A stretch of DNA of 64,000 nucleotides from Auanema rhodensis (taxonomy: Eukaryota; Animalia; Nematoda), in the NCBI GenBank assembly GCA_964057225.1, contig OZ059894.1:18414001-18478000 (forward strand), written 5' to 3'. How positions within the stretch are numbered: position 1 is the stretch's first letter; every line of letters begins with the position of its first letter. The notes under the pieces were generated by a model. The model searched no databases, was not told where the DNA came from, and was given only the letters and a program-made list of their open reading frames with translations. This document shows, piece after piece, positions 41,601-57,496 of the stretch. The position numbers and the translations under genes are program-made.

Positions 41601-44600
41601 CCTTTTTTCAAGGCAAAGACGATGGACAATGTTATTCAACGAAAAAATTAATTCTTCAGGGTGAAAATCGAGGATATAAGTGTGAACTTATATCAGTTGA
41701 TATCTCGGTGCATTTTTAAGCTAGCGCAAATCTGATAACACAGATCGACGCAGCTTAAAAATTCGCATCGAATGCACTATACTACATTGAGAAACGCTTA
41801 ATACAAAAATTAGTTATGATCGTTTGAAAAATGATGCATTAGTGTATGTTGAGTTTCCATGTACACTCAACATTGCTTCCAAAAACATTTTGACAAAAAT
41901 TTTTTCGAAAAATTTCAAAATAATTTAGCAAAAAGTAGATGTTTTTAGATTCCTTTTTTCAAGGCAAAGACGATGGACAATGTTATTCAACGAAAAAATT
42001 AATTCTTCAGGGTGAAAATCGAGGATATAAGTGTGAACTTATATCAGTTGATATCTCGGTGCATTTTTAAGCTAGCGCAAATCTGATAACACAGATCGAC
42101 GCAGCTTAAAAATTCGCATCGAATGCACTATACTACATTGAGAAACGCTTAATACAAAAATTAGTTATGATCGTTTGAAAAATGATGCATTAGTGTATGT
42201 TGAGTTTCCATGTACACTCAACATTGCTTCCAAAAACATTTTGACAAAAATTTTTTCGAAAAATTTCAAAATAATTTAGCAAAAAGTAGATGTTTTTAGA
42301 TTCCTTTTTTCAAGGCAAAGACGATGGACAATGTTATTCAACGAAAAAATTAATTCTTCAGGGTGAAAATCGAGGATATAAGTGTGAACTTATATCAGTT
42401 GATATCTCGGTGCATTTTTAAGCTAGCGCAAATCTGATAACACAGATCGACGCAGCTTAAAAATCCGCATCGAATGCACTATACCACATTGAGAAACGCT
42501 TAAAACAAAAATTAGTTATGATCGTTTGAAAAATGATGCATTAGTGTATGTTGAGTTTCCATGTACACTCAACATTGCTTCCAAAAACATTTTGACAAAA
42601 ATTTTTTCGAAAAATTTCAAAATAATTTAGCAAAAAGTAGATGTTTTTAGATTCCTTTTTTCAAGGCAAAGACGATGGACAATGTTATTCAACGAAAAAA
42701 ATAATTCTTCAGGGTGAAAATCGAGGATATAAGTGTGAACTTATATCAGTTGATATCTCGGTGCATTTTTAAGCTAGCGCAAATCTGATAACACAGATCG
42801 ACGCAGCTTAAAAATCCGCATCGAATGCACTATACCACATTGAGAAACGCTTAAAACAAAAATTAGTTATGATCGTTTGAAAAATGATGCATTAGTGTAT
42901 GTTGAGTTTCCATGTACACTCAACATTGCTTCCAAAAACATTTTGACAAAAATTTTTTCGAAAAATTTCAAAATAATTTAGCAAAAAGTAGATGTTTTTA
43001 GATTCCTTTTTTCAAGGCAAAGACGATGGACAATGTTATTCAACGAAAAAATTAATTCTTCAGGGTGAAAATCGAGGATATAAGTGTGAACTTATATCAG
43101 TTGATATCTCGGTGCATTTTTAAGCTAGCGCAAATCTGATAACACAGATCGACGCAGCTTAAAAATTCGCATCGAATGCACTATACTACATTGAGAAACG
43201 CTTAATACAAAAATTAGTTATGATCGTTTGAAAAATGATGCATTAGTGTATGTTGAGTTTCCATGTACACTCAACATTGCTTCCAAAAACATTTTGACAA
43301 AAATTTTTTCGAAAAATTTCAAAATAATTTAGCAAAAAGTAGATGTTTTTAGATTCCTTTTTTCAAGGCAAAGACGATGGACAATGTTATTCAACGAAAA
43401 AAATAATTCTTCAGGGTGAAAATCGAGGATATAAGTGTGAACTTATATCAGTTGATATCTCGGTGCATTTTTAAGCTAGCGCAAATCTGATAACACAGAT
43501 CGACGCAGCTTAAAAATCCGCATCGAATGCACTATACCACATTGAGAAACGCTTAAAACAAAAATTAGTTATGATCGTTTGAAAAATGATGCATTAGTGT
43601 ATGTTGAGTTTCCATGTACACTCAACATTGCTTCCAAAAACATTTTGACAAAAATTTTTTCGAAAAATTTCAAAATAATTTAGCAAAAAGTAGATGTTTT
43701 TAGATTCCTTTTTTCAAGGCAAAGACGATGGACAATGTTATTCAACGAAAAAATTAATTCTTCAGGGTGAAAATCGAGGATATAAGTGTGAACTTATATC
43801 AGTTGATATCTCGGTGCATTTTTAAGCTAGCGCAAATCTGATAACACAGATCGACGCAGCTTAAAAATCCGCATCGAATGCACTATACCACATTGAGAAA
43901 CGCTTAAAACAAAAATTAGTTATGATCGTTTGAAAAATGATGCATTAGTGTATGTTGAGTTTCCATGTACACTCAACATTGCTTCCAAAAACATTTTGAC
44001 AAAAATTTTTTCGAAAAATTTCAAAATAATTTAGCAAAAAGTAGATGTTTTTAGATTCCTTTTTTCAAGGCAAAGACGATGGACAATGTTATTCAACGAA
44101 AAAATTAATTCTTCAGGGTGAAAATCGAGGATATAAGTGTGAACTTATATCAGTTGATATCTCGGTGCATTTTTAAGCTAGCGCAAATCTGATAACACAG
44201 ATCGACGCAGCTTAAAAATCCGCATCGAATGCACTATACCACATTGAGAAACGCTTAAAACAAAAATTAGTTATGATCGTTTGAAAAATGATGCATTAGT
44301 GTATGTTGAGTTTCCATGTACACTCAACATTGCTTCCAAAAACATTTTGACAAAAATTTTTTCGAAAAATTTCAAAATAATTTAGCAAAAAGTAGATGTT
44401 TTTAGATTCCTTTTTTCAAGGCAAAGACGATGGACAATGTTATTCAACGAAAAAAATAATTCTTCAGGGTGAAAATCGAGGATATAAGTGTGAACTTATA
44501 TCAGTTGATATCTCGGTGCATTTTTAAGCTAGCGCAAATCTGATAACACAGATCGACGCAGCTTAAAAATCCGCATCGAATGCACTATACCACATTGAGA

Positions 44601-47600
44601 AACGCTTAAAACAAAAATTAGTTATGATCGTTTGAAAAATGATGCATTAGTGTATGTTGAGTTTCCATGTACACTCAACATTGCTTCCAAAAACATTTTG
44701 ACAAAAATTTTTTCGAAAAATTTCAAAATAATTTAGCAAAAAGTAGATGTTTTTAGATTCCTTTTTTCAAGGCAAAGACGATGGACAATGTTATTCAACG
44801 AAAAAATTAATTCTTCAGGGTGAAAATCGAGGATATAAGTGTGAACTTATATCAGTTGATATCTCGGTGCATTTTTAAGCTAGCGCAAATCTGATAACAC
44901 AGATCGACGCAGCTTAAAAATCCGCATCGAATGCACTATACCACATTGAGAAACGCTTAAAACAAAAATTAGTTATGATCGTTTGAAAAATGATGCATTA
45001 GTGTATGTTGAGTTTCCATGTACACTCAACATTGCTTCCAAAAACATTTTGACAAAAATTTTTTCGAAAAATTTCAAAATAATTTAGCAAAAAGTAGATG
45101 TTTTTAGATTCCTTTTTTCAAGGCAAAGACGATGGACAATGTTATTCAACGAAAAAAATAATTCTTCAGGGTGAAAATCGAGGATATAAGTGTGAACTTA
45201 TATCAGTTGATATCTCGGTGCATTTTTAAGCTAGCGCAAATCTGATAACACAGATCGACGCAGCTTAAAAATCCGCATCGAATGCACTATACCACATTGA
45301 GAAACGCTTAAAACAAAAATTAGTTATGATCGTTTGAAAAATGATGCATTAGTGTATGTTGAGTTTCCATGTACACTCAACATTGCTTCCAAAAACATTT
45401 TGACAAAAATTTTTTCGAAAAATTTCAAAATAATTTAGCAAAAAGTAGATGTTTTTAGATTCCTTTTTTCAAGGCAAAGACGATGGACAATGTTATTCAA
45501 CGAAAAAATTAATTCTTCAGGGTGAAAATCGAGGATATAAGTGTGAACTTATATCAGTTGATATCTCGGTGCATTTTTAAGCTAGCGCAAATCTGATAAC
45601 ACAGATCGACGCAGCTTAAAAATCCGCATCGAATGCACTATACCACATTGAGAAACGCTTAAAACAAAAATTAGTTATGATCGTTTGAAAAATGATGCAT
45701 TAGTGTATGTTGAGTTTCCATGTACACTCAACATTGCTTCCAAAAACATTTTGACAAAAATTTTTTCGAAAAATTTCAAAATAATTTAGCAAAAAGTAGA
45801 TGTTTTTAGATTCCTTTTTTCAAGGCAAAGACGATGGACAATGTTATTCAACGAAAAAATTAATTCTTCAGGGTGAAAATCGAGGATATAAGTGTGAACT
45901 TATATCAGTTGATATCTCGGTGCATTTTTAAGCTAGCGCAAATCTGATAACACAGATCGACGCAGCTTAAAAATTCGCATCGAATGCACTATACTACATT
46001 GAGAAACGCTTAATACAAAAATTAGTTATGATCGTTTGAAAAATGATGCATTAGTGTATGTTGAGTTTCCATGTACACTCAACATTGCTTCCAAAAACAT
46101 TTTGACAAAAATTTTTTCGAAAAATTTCAAAATAATTTAGCAAAAAGTAGATGTTTTTAGATTCCTTTTTTCAAGGCAAAGACGATAGACAATGTTATTC
46201 AACGAAAAAAATAATTCTTCAGGGTGAAAATCGAGGATATAAGTGTGAACTTATATCAGTTGATATCTCGGTGCATTTTTAAGCTAGCGCAAATCTGATA
46301 ACACAGATCGACGCAGCTTAAAAATTCGCATCGAATGCACTATACTACATTGAGAAACGCTTAATACAAAAATTAGTTATGATCGTTTGAAAAATGATGC
46401 ATTAGTGTATGTTGAGTTTCCATGTACACTCAACATTGCTTCCAAAAACATTTTGACAAAAATTTTTTCGAAAAATTTCAAAATAATTTAGCAAAAAGTA
46501 GATGTTTTTAGATTCCTTTTTTCAAGGCAAAGACGATGGACAATGTTATTCAACGAAAAAAATAATTCTTCAGGGTGAAAATCGAGGATATAAGTGTGAA
46601 CTTATATCAGTTGATATCTCGGTGCATTTTTAAGCTAGCGCAAATCTGATAACACAGATCGACGCAGCTTAAAAATTCGCATCGAATGCACTATACTACA
46701 TTGAGAAACGCTTAATACAAAAATTAGTTATGATCGTTTGAAAAATGATGCATTAGTGTATGTTGAGTTTCCATGTACACTCAACATTGCTTCCAAAAAC
46801 ATTTTGACAAAAATTTTTTCGAAAAATTTCAAAATAATTTAGCAAAAAGTAGATGTTTTTAGATTCCTTTTTTCAAGGCAAAGACGATGGACAATGTTAT
46901 TCAACGAAAAAAATAATTCTTCAGGGTGAAAATCGAGGATATAAGTGTGAACTTATATCAGTTGATATCTCGGTGCATTTTTAAGCTAGCGCAAATCTGA
47001 TAACACAGATCGACGCAGCTTAAAAATTCGCATCGAATGCACTATACTACATTGAGAAACGCTTAATACAAAAATTAGTTATGATCGTTTGAAAAATGAT
47101 GCATTAGTGTATGTTGAGTTTCCATGTACACTCAACATTGCTTCCAAAAACATTTTGACAAAAATTTTTTCGAAAAATTTCAAAATAATTTAGCAAAAAG
47201 TAGATGTTTTTAGATTCCTTTTTTCAAGGCAAAGACGATGGACAATGTTATTCAACGAAAAAATTAATTCTTCAGGGTGAAAATCGAGGATATAAGTGTG
47301 AACTTATATCAGTTGATATCTCGGTGCATTTTTAAGCTAGCGCGAATCTGATAACACAGATCGACGCAGCTTAAAAATCCGCATCGAATGCACTATACTA
47401 CATTGAGAAACGCTTAATACAAAAATTAGTTATGATCGTTTGAAAAATGATGCATTAGTGTATGTTGAGTTTCCATGTACACTCAACATTGCTTCCAAAA
47501 ACATTTTGACAAAAATTTTTTCGAAAAATTTCAAAATAATTTAGCAAAAAGTAGATGTTTTTAGATTCCTTTTTTCAAGGCAAAGACGATGGACAATGTT

Positions 47601-49082
47601 ATTCAACGAAAAAATTAATTCTTCAGGGTGAAAATCGAGGATATAAGTGTGAACTTATATCAGTTGATATCTCGGTGCATTTTTAAGCTAGCGCGAATCT
47701 GATAACACAGATCGACGCAGCTTAAAAATCCGCATCGAATGCACTATACTACATTGAGAAACGCTTAATACAAAAATTAGTTATGATCGTTTGAAAAATG
47801 ATGCATTAGTGTATGTTGAGTTTCCATGTACACTCAACATTGCTTCCAAAAACATTTTGACAAAATTTTTTTCGAAAAATTTCAAAATAATTTAGCAAAA
47901 AGTAGATCTTTTTAGATTCCTTTTTTCAAGGCAAAGACGATGGACAATGTTATTCAACGAAAAAATTAATTCTTCAGGGTGAAAATCGAGGATATAAGTG
48001 TGAACTTATATCAGTTGATATCTCGGTGCATTTTTAAGCTAGCGCAAATCTGATAACACAGATCGACGCAGCTTAAAAATTCGCATCGAATGCACTATAC
48101 TACATTGAGAAACGCTTAATACAAAAATTAGTTATGATCGTTTGAAAAATGATGCATTAGTGTATGTTGAGTTTCCATGTACACTCAACATTGCTTCCAA
48201 AAACATTTTGACAAAAATTTTTTCGAAAAATTTCAAAATAATTTAGCAAAAAGTAGATGTTTTTAGATTCCTTTTTTCAAGGCAAAGACGATGGACAATG
48301 TTATTCAACGAAAAAAATAATTCTTCAGGGTGAAAATCGAGGATATAAGTGTGAACTTATATCAGTTGATATCTCGGTGCATTTTTAAGCTAGCGCAAAT
48401 CTGATAACACAGATCGACGCAGCTTAAAAATTCGCATCGAATGCACTATACTACATTGAGAAACGCTTAATACAAAAATTAGTTATGATCGTTTGAAAAA
48501 TGATGCATTAGTGTATGTTGAGTTTCCATGTACACTCAACATTGCTTCCAAAAACATTTTGACAAAAATTTTTTCGAAAAATTTCAAAATAATTTAGCAA
48601 AAAGTAGATGTTTTTAGATTCCTTTTTTCAAGGCAAAGACGAAGGACAATGTTATTCAACGAAAAAATTAATTCTTCAGGGTGAAAATCGAGGATATAAG
48701 TGTAAACTTATATCAGTTGATATCTCGGTGCATTTTTAAGCTAGCGCAAATCTGATAACACAGATCGACGCAGCTTAAAAATCCGCATCGAATGCACTAT
48801 ACTACATTGAGAAACGCTTAATACAAAAATTAGTTATGATCGTTTGAAAAATGATGCATTAGTGTATGTTGAGTTTCCATGTACACTCAACATTGCTTCC
48901 AAAAACATTTTGACAAAAATTTTTTCGAAAAATTTCAAAATAATTTAGCAAAAAGTAGATGTTTTTAGATTCCTTTTTTCAAGGCAAAGACGATGGACAA
49001 TGTTATTCAACGAAAAAATTAATTCTTCAGGGTGAAAATCGAGGATATAAGTGTGAACTTATATCAGTTGATATCTCGGTGC

Positions 49083-52000
49083 ATTTTTAAGCTAGCGCAA
49101 ATCTGATAACACAGATCGACGCAGCTTGAAAATTCGCATCGAATGCACTATACTACATTGAGAAACGCTTAATACAAAAATTAGTTATGATCGTTTGAAA
49201 AATGATGCATTAGTGTATGTTGAGTTTCCATGTACACTCAACATTGCTTCCAAAAACATTTTGACAAAAATTTTTTCGAAAAATTTCAAAATAATTTAGC
49301 AAAAAGTAGATGTTTTTAGATTCCTTTTTTCAAGGCAAAGACGATGGACAATGTTATTCAACGAAAAAATTAATTCTTCAGGGTGAAAATCGAGGATATA
49401 AGTGTAAACTTATATCAGTTGATATCTCGGTGCATTTTTAAGCTAGCGCAAATCTGATAACACAGATCGACGCAGCTTAAAAATCCGCATCAAATGCACT
49501 ATACTATATTGAGAAACGCTTAAAACAAAAATTAGTTATGATCGTTTGAAAAATGATGCATTAGTGTATGTTGAGTTTCCATGTACACTTCCAAAAACAT
49601 TTTGACAAAAATTTTTTCGAAAAATTTCAAAATAATTTAGCAAAAAGTAGATGTTTTTAGATTCCTTTTTTCAAGGCAAAGACGATGGACAATGTTATTC
49701 AACGAAAAAATTAATTCTTCAGGGTGAAAATCGAGGATATAAGTGTAAACTTATATCAGTTGATATCTCGGTGCATTTTTAAGCTAGCGCAAATCTGATA
49801 ACACAGATCGACGCAGCTTAAAAATCCGCATCAAATGCACTATACTATATTGAGAAACGCTTAATACAAAAATTAGTTATGATCGTTTGAAAAATGATGC
49901 ATTAGTGTATGTTGAGTTTCCATGTACACTCAACATTGCTTCCAAAAACATTTTGACAAAAATTTTTTCGAAAAATTTCAAAATAATTTAGCAAAAAGTA
50001 GATGTTTTTAGATTCCTTTTTTCAAGGCAAAGACGATGGACAATGTTATTCAACGAAAAAAATAATTCTTCAGGGTGAAAATCGAGGATATAAGTGTGAA
50101 CTTATATCAGTTGATATCTCGGTGCATTTTTAAGCTAGCGCAAATCTGATAACACAGATCGACGCAGCTTAAAAATCCGCATCGAATGCACTACACTACA
50201 TTGAGAAACGCTTAAAACAAAAATTAGTTATGATCGTTTGAAAAATGATGCATTAGTGTATGTTGAGTTTCCATGTACACTCAACATTGCTTCCAAAAAC
50301 ATTTTGACAAAAATTTTTTCGAAAAATTTCAAAATAATTTAGCAAAAAGTAGATGTTTTTAGATTCCTTTTTTCAAGGCAAAGACGATGGACAATGTTAT
50401 TCAACGAAAAAATTAATTCTTCAGGGTGAAAATCGAGGATATAAGTGTGAACTTATATCAGTTGATATCTCGGTGCATTTTTAAGCTAGCGCAAATCTGA
50501 TAACACAGATCGACGCAGCTTAAAAATTCGCATCGAATGCACTATACTACATTGAGAAACGCTTAATACAAAAATTAGTTATGATCGTTTGAAAAATGAT
50601 GCATTAGTGTATGTTGAGTTTCCATGTACACTCAACATTGCTTCCAAAAACATTTTGACAAAAATTTTTTCGAAACATTTCAAAATAATTTAGCAAAAAG
50701 TAGATGTTTTTAGATTCCTTTTTTCAAGACAAAGACGATGGACAATGTTATTCAACGAAAAAATTAATTCTTCAGGGTGAAAATCGAGGATATAAGTGTG
50801 AACTTATATCAGTTGATATCTCGGTGCATTTTTAAGCTAGCGCAAATCTGATAACACAGATCGACGCAGCTTAAAAATTCGCATCGAATGCACTATACTA
50901 CATTGAGAAACGCTTAATACAAAAATTAGTTATGATCGTTTGAAAAATGATGCATTAGTGTATGTTGAGTTTCCATGTACACTCAACATTGCTTCCAAAA
51001 ACATTTTGACAAAAATTTTTTCGAAAAATTTCAAAATAATTTAGCAAAAAGTAGATGTTTTTAGATTCCTTTTTTCAAGGCAAAGACGATGGACAATGTT
51101 ATTCAACGAAAAAATTAATTCTTCAGGGTGAAAATCGAGGATATAAGTGTAAACTTATATCAGTTGATATCTCGGTGCATTTTTAAGCTAGCGCAAATCT
51201 GATAACACAGATCGACGCAGCTTAAAAATCCGCATCAAATGCACTATACTATATTGAGAAACGCTTAAAACAAAAATTAGTTATGATCGTTTGAAAAATG
51301 ATGCATTAGTGTATGTTGAGTTTCCATGTACACTCAACATTGCTTCCAAAAACATTTTGACAAAAATTTTTTCGAAAAATTTCAAAATAATTTAGCAAAA
51401 AGTAGATGTTTTTAGATTCCTTTTTTCAAGGCAAAGACGATGGACAATGTTATTCAACGAAAAAATTAATTCTTCAGGGTGAAAATCGAGGATATAAGTG
51501 TAAACTTATATCAGTTGATATCTCGGTGCATTTTTAAGCTAGCGCAAATCTGATAACACAGATCGACGCAGCTTAAAAATCCGCATCAAATGCACTATAC
51601 TATATTGAGAAACGCTTAATACAAAAATTAGTTATGATCGTTTGAAAAATGATGCATTAGTGTATGTTGAGTTTCCATGTACACTCAACATTGCTTCCAA
51701 AAACATTTTGACAAAAATTTTTTCGAAAAATTTCAAAATAATTTAGCAAAAAGTAGATGTTTTTAGATTCCTTTTTTCAAGGCAAAGACGATGGACAATG
51801 TTATTCAACGAAAAAAATAATTCTTCAGGGTGAAAATCGAGGATATAAGTGTGAACTTATATCAGTTGATATCTCGGTGCATTTTTAAGCTAGCGCAAAT
51901 CTGATAACACAGATCGACGCAGCTTAAAAATCCGCATCGAATGCACTACACTACATTGAGAAACGCTTAAAACAAAAATTAGTTATGATCGTTTGAAAAA

Positions 52001-52582
52001 TGATGCATTAGTGTATGTTGAGTTTCCATGTACACTCAACATTGCTTCCAAAAACATTTTGACAAAAATTTTTTCGAAAAATTTCAAAATAATTTAGCAA
52101 AAAGTAGATGTTTTTAGATTCCTTTTTTCAAGGCAAAGACGATGGACAATGTTATTCAACGAAAAAATTAATTCTTCAGGGTGAAAATCGAGGATATAAG
52201 TGTGAACTTATATCAGTTGATATCTCGGTGCATTTTTAAGCTAGCGCAAATCTGATAACACAGATCGACGCAGCTTAAAAATTCGCATCGAATGCACTAT
52301 ACTACATTGAGAAACGCTTAATACAAAAATTAGTTATGATCGTTTGAAAAATGATGCATTAGTGTATGTTGAGTTTCCATGTACACTCAACATTGCTTCC
52401 AAAAACATTTTGACAAAACTTTTTTCGAAACATTTCAAAATAATTTAGCAAAAAGTAGATGTTTTTAGATTCCTTTTTTCAAGGCAAAGACGATGGACAA
52501 TGTTATTCAACGAAAAAATTAATTCTTCAGGGTGAAAATCGAGGATATAAGTGTGAACTTATATCAGTTGATATCTCGGTGC
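49083..52582. repeat. Higher-order repeat: two copies of a 5-mer
   Basis: Markers CATCAAAT (two adjacent monomers), CTACACT and GAAACATTT recur in the same order five monomers later. Confidence 0.9.
49434..49774. repeat. 341-bp monomer (10-bp deletion)
   Basis: TACACTTCC at 49584-49592 replaces TACACTCAACATTGCTTCC. The next monomer starts at 49775. Confidence 0.96.
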
Positions 52583-55500
52583 CTTTTTAAGCTAGCGCAA
52601 ATCTGATAACACAGATCGACGCAGCTTAAAAATTCGCATCGAATGCACTATACTACATTGAGAAACGCTTAATACAAAAATTAGTTATGATCGTTTGAAA
52701 AATGATGCATTAGTGTATGTTGAGTTTCCATGTACACTCAACATTGCTTCCAAAAACATTTTGACAAAAATTTTTTCGAAAAATTTCAAAATAATTTAGC
52801 AAAAAGTAGATGTTTTTAGATTCCTTTTTTCAAGGCAAAGACGATGGACAATGTTATTCAACGAAAAATTTAATTCTTCAGGGTGAAAATTGAGGATATA
52901 AGTGTGAACTTATATCAGTTGATATCTCGGTGCATTTTTAAGCTAGCGCAAATCTGTTAACACAGATCAACGCAGCTTAAAAATCCGCATCGAATGCACT
53001 ATACTACATTGAGAAACGCTTAATACAAAAATTAGTTATGATCGTTTGAAAAATGATGCATTAGTGTATGTTGAGTTTCCATGTACACTCAACATTGCTT
53101 CCAAAAACATTTTGACAAAAATTTTTTCGAAAAATTTCAAAATAATTTAGCAAAAAGTAGATGTTTTTAGATTCCTTTTTTCAAGACAAAGACGATGGAC
53201 AATGTTATTCAACGAAAAAATTAATTCTTCAGGGTGAAAATCGAGGATATAAGTGTGAACTTATATCAGTTGATATCTCGGTGCATTTTTAAGCTAGCGC
53301 AAATCTGATAACACAGATCGACGCAGCTTAAAAATCCGCATCGAATGCACTATACTACATTAAGAAACGCTTAATACAAAAATTAGTTATGATCGTTTGA
53401 AAAATGATGCATTAGTGTATGTTGAGTTTCCATGTACACTCAACATTGCTTCCAAAAACATTTTGACAAAAATTTTTTCGAAAAATTTCAAAATAATTTA
53501 GCAAAAAGTAGATGTTTTTAGATTCCTTTTTTCAAGGCAAAGACGATGGACAATGTTATTCAACGAAAAAATTAATTCTTCAGGGTGAAAATCGAGGATA
53601 TAAGTGTGAACTTATATCAGTTGATATCTCGGTGCATTTTTAAGCTAGCGCAAATCTGATAACACAGATCGACGCAGCTTAAAAATCCGCATCGAATGCA
53701 CTATACTACATTGAGAAACGCTTAAAGCAAAAATTAGTTATGATCGTTTGAAAAATGATGCATTAGTGTATGTTGAGTTTCCATGTACACTCAACATTGC
53801 TTCCAAAAACATTTTGACAAAAATTTTTTCGAAAAATTTCAAAATAATTTAGCAAAAAGTAGATGTTTTTAGATTCCTTTTTTCAAGGCAAAGACGATGG
53901 ACAATGTTATTCAACGAAAAAAATAATTCTTCAGGGTGAAAATCGAGGATATAAGTGTGAACTTATATCAGTTGATATCTCGGTGCATTTTTAAGCTAGC
54001 GCAAATCTGATAACACAGATCGACGCAGCTTAAAAATTCGCATCGAATGCACTATACTACATTGAGAAACGCTTAATACAAAAATTAGTTATGATCGTTT
54101 GAAAAATGATGCATTAGTGTATGTTGAGTTTCCATGTACACTCAACATTGCTTCCAAAAACATTTTGACAAAAATTTTTTCGAAAAATTTCAAAATAATT
54201 TAGCAAAAAGTAGATGTTTTTAGATTCCTTTTTTCAAGGCAAAGACGATGGACAATGTTATTCAACGAAAAAAATAATTCTTCAGGGTGAAAATCGAGGA
54301 TATAAGTGTGAACTTATATCAGTTGATATCTCGGTGCATTTTTAAGCTAGCGCAAATCTGATAACACAGATCGACGCAGCTTAAAAATTCGCATCGAATG
54401 CACTATACTACATTGAGAAACGCTTAATACAAAAATTAGTTATGATCGTTTGAAAAATGATGCATTAGTGTATGTTGAGTTTCCATGTACACTCAACATT
54501 GCTTCCAAAAACATTTTGACAAAAATTTTTTCGAAAAATTTCAAAATAATTTAGCAAAAAGTAGATGTTTTTAGATTCCTTTTTTCAAGGCAAAGACGAT
54601 GGACAATGTTATTCAACGAAAAAAATAATTCTTCAGGGTGAAAATCGAGGATATAAGTGTGAACTTATATCAGTTGATATCTCGGTGCATTTTTAAGCTA
54701 GCGCAAATCTGATAACACAGATCGACGCAGCTTAAAAATTCGCATCGAATGCACTATACTACATTGAGAAACGCTTAATACAAAAATTAGTTATGATCGT
54801 TTGAAAAATGATGCATTAGTGTATGTTGAGTTTCCATGTACACTCAACATTGCTTCCAAAAACATTTTGACAAAAATTTTTTCGAAAAATTTCAAAATAA
54901 TTTAGCAAAAAGTAGATGTTTTTAGATTCCTTTTTTCAAGGCAAAGACGATGGACAATGTTATTCAACGAAAAAAATAATTCTTCAGGGTGAAAATCGAG
55001 GATATAAGTGTGAACTTATATCAGTTGATATCTCGGTGCATTTTTAAGCTAGCGCAAATCTGATAACACAGATCGACGCAGCTTAAAAATTCGCATCGAA
55101 TGCACTATACTACATTGAGAAACGCTTAATACAAAAATTAGTTATGATCGTTTGAAAAATGATGCATTAGTGTATGTTGAGTTTCCATGTACACTCAACA
55201 TTGCTTCCAAAAACATTTTGACAAAAATTTTTTCGAAAAATTTCAAAATAATTTAGCAAAAAGTAGATGTTTTTAGATTCCTTTTTTCAAGGCAAAGACG
55301 ATGGACAATGTTATTCAACGAAAAAATTAATTCTTCAGGGTGAAAATCGAGGATATAAGTGTAAACTTATATCAGTTGATATCTCGGTGCATTTTTAAGC
55401 TAGCGCAAATCTGATAACACAGATCGACGCAGCTTAAAAATCCGCATCGAATGCACTATACTACATTGAGAAACGCTTAATACAAAAATTAGTTATGATC

Positions 55501-57496
55501 GTTTGAAAAATGATGCATTAGTGTATGTTGAGTTTCCATGTACACTCAACATTGCTTCCAAAAACATTTTGACAAAAATTTTTTCGAAAAATTTCAAAAT
55601 AATTTAGCAAAAAGTAGATGTTTTTAGATTCCTTTTTTCAAGGCAAAGACGATGGACAATGTTATTCAACGAAAAAATTAATTCTTCAGGGTGAAAATCG
55701 AGGATATAAGTGTGAACTTATATCAGTTGATATCTCGGTGCATTTTTAAGCTAGCGCAAATCTGATAACACAGATCGACGCAGCTTAAAAATTCGCATCG
55801 AATGCACTATACTACATTGAGAAACGCTTAATACAAAAATTAGTTATGATCGTTTGAAAAATGATGCATTAGTGTATGTTGAGTTTCCATGTACACTCAA
55901 CATTGCTTCCAAAAACATTTTGACAAAAATTTTTTCGAAAAATTTCAAAATAATTTAGCAAAAAGTAGATGTTTTTAGATTCCTTTTTTCAAGGCAAAGA
56001 CGATGGACAATGTTATTCAACGAAAAAATTAATTCTTCAGGGTGAAAATCGAGGATATAAGTGTAAACTTATATCAGTTGATATCTCGGTGCATTTTTAA
56101 GCTAGCGCAAATCTGATAACACAGATCGACGCAGCTTAAAAATCCGCATCGAATGCACTATACTACATTGAGAAACGCTTAATACAAAAATTAGTTATGA
56201 TCGTTTGAAAAATGATGCATTAGTGTATGTTGAGTTTCCATGTACACTCAACATTGCTTCCAAAAACATTTTGACAAAAATTTTTTCGAAAAATTTCAAA
56301 ATAATTTAGCAAAAAGTAGATGTTTTTAGATTCCTTTTTTCAAGGCAAAGACGATGGACAATGTTATTCAACGAAAAAATTAATTCTTCAGGGTGAAAAT
56401 CGAGGATATAAGTGTGAACTTATATCAGTTGATATCTCGGTGCATTTTTAAGCTAGCGCAAATCTGATAACACAGATCGACGCAGCTTAAAAATTCGCAT
56501 CGAATGCACTATACTACATTGAGAAACGCTTAATACAAAAATTAGTTATGATCGTTTGAAAAATGATGCATTAGTGTATGTTGAGTTTCCATGTACACTC
56601 AACATTGCTTCCAAAAACATTTTGACAAAAATTTTTTCGAAAAATTTCAAAATAATTTAGCAAAAAGTAGATGTTTTTAGATTCCTTTTTTCAAGGCAAA
56701 GACGATGGACAATGTTATTCAACGAAAAAATTAATTCTTCAGGGTGAAAATCGAGGATATAAGTGTAAACTTATATCAGTTGATATCTCGGTGCATTTTT
56801 AAGCTAGCGCAAATCTGATAACACAGATCGACGCAGCTTAAAAATCCGCATCGAATGCACTAAACTACATTGAGAAACGCTTAATACAAAAATTAGTTAT
56901 GATCGTTTGAAAAATGATGCATTAGTGTATGTTGAGTTTCCATGTACACTCAACATTGCTTCCAAAAACATTTTGACAAAAATTTTTTCGAAAAATTTCA
57001 AATAAATTTAGCAAAAAGTAGATGTTTTTAGATTCCTTTTTTCAAGGCAAAGACGATGGACAATGTTATTCAACGAAAAAATTAATTCTTCAGGGTGAAA
57101 ATCGAGGATATAAGTGTGAACTTATATCAGTTGATATCTCGGTGCCTTTTTAAGCTAGCGCAAATCTGATAACACAGATCGACGCAGCTTAAAAATTCGC
57201 ATCGAATGCACTATACTACATTGAGAAACGCTTAATACAAAAATTAGTTATGATCGTTTGAAAAATGATGCATTAGTGTATGTTGAGTTTCCATGTACAC
57301 TCAACATTGCTTCCAAAAACATTTTGACAAAAATTTTTTCGAAAAATTTCAAAATAATTTAGCAAAAAGTAGATGTTTTTAGATTCCTTTTTTCAAGGCA
57401 AAGACGATGGACAATGTTATTCAACGAAAAAATTAATTCTTCAGGGTGAAAATCGAGGATATAAGTGTAAACTTATATCAGTTGATATCTCGGTGC

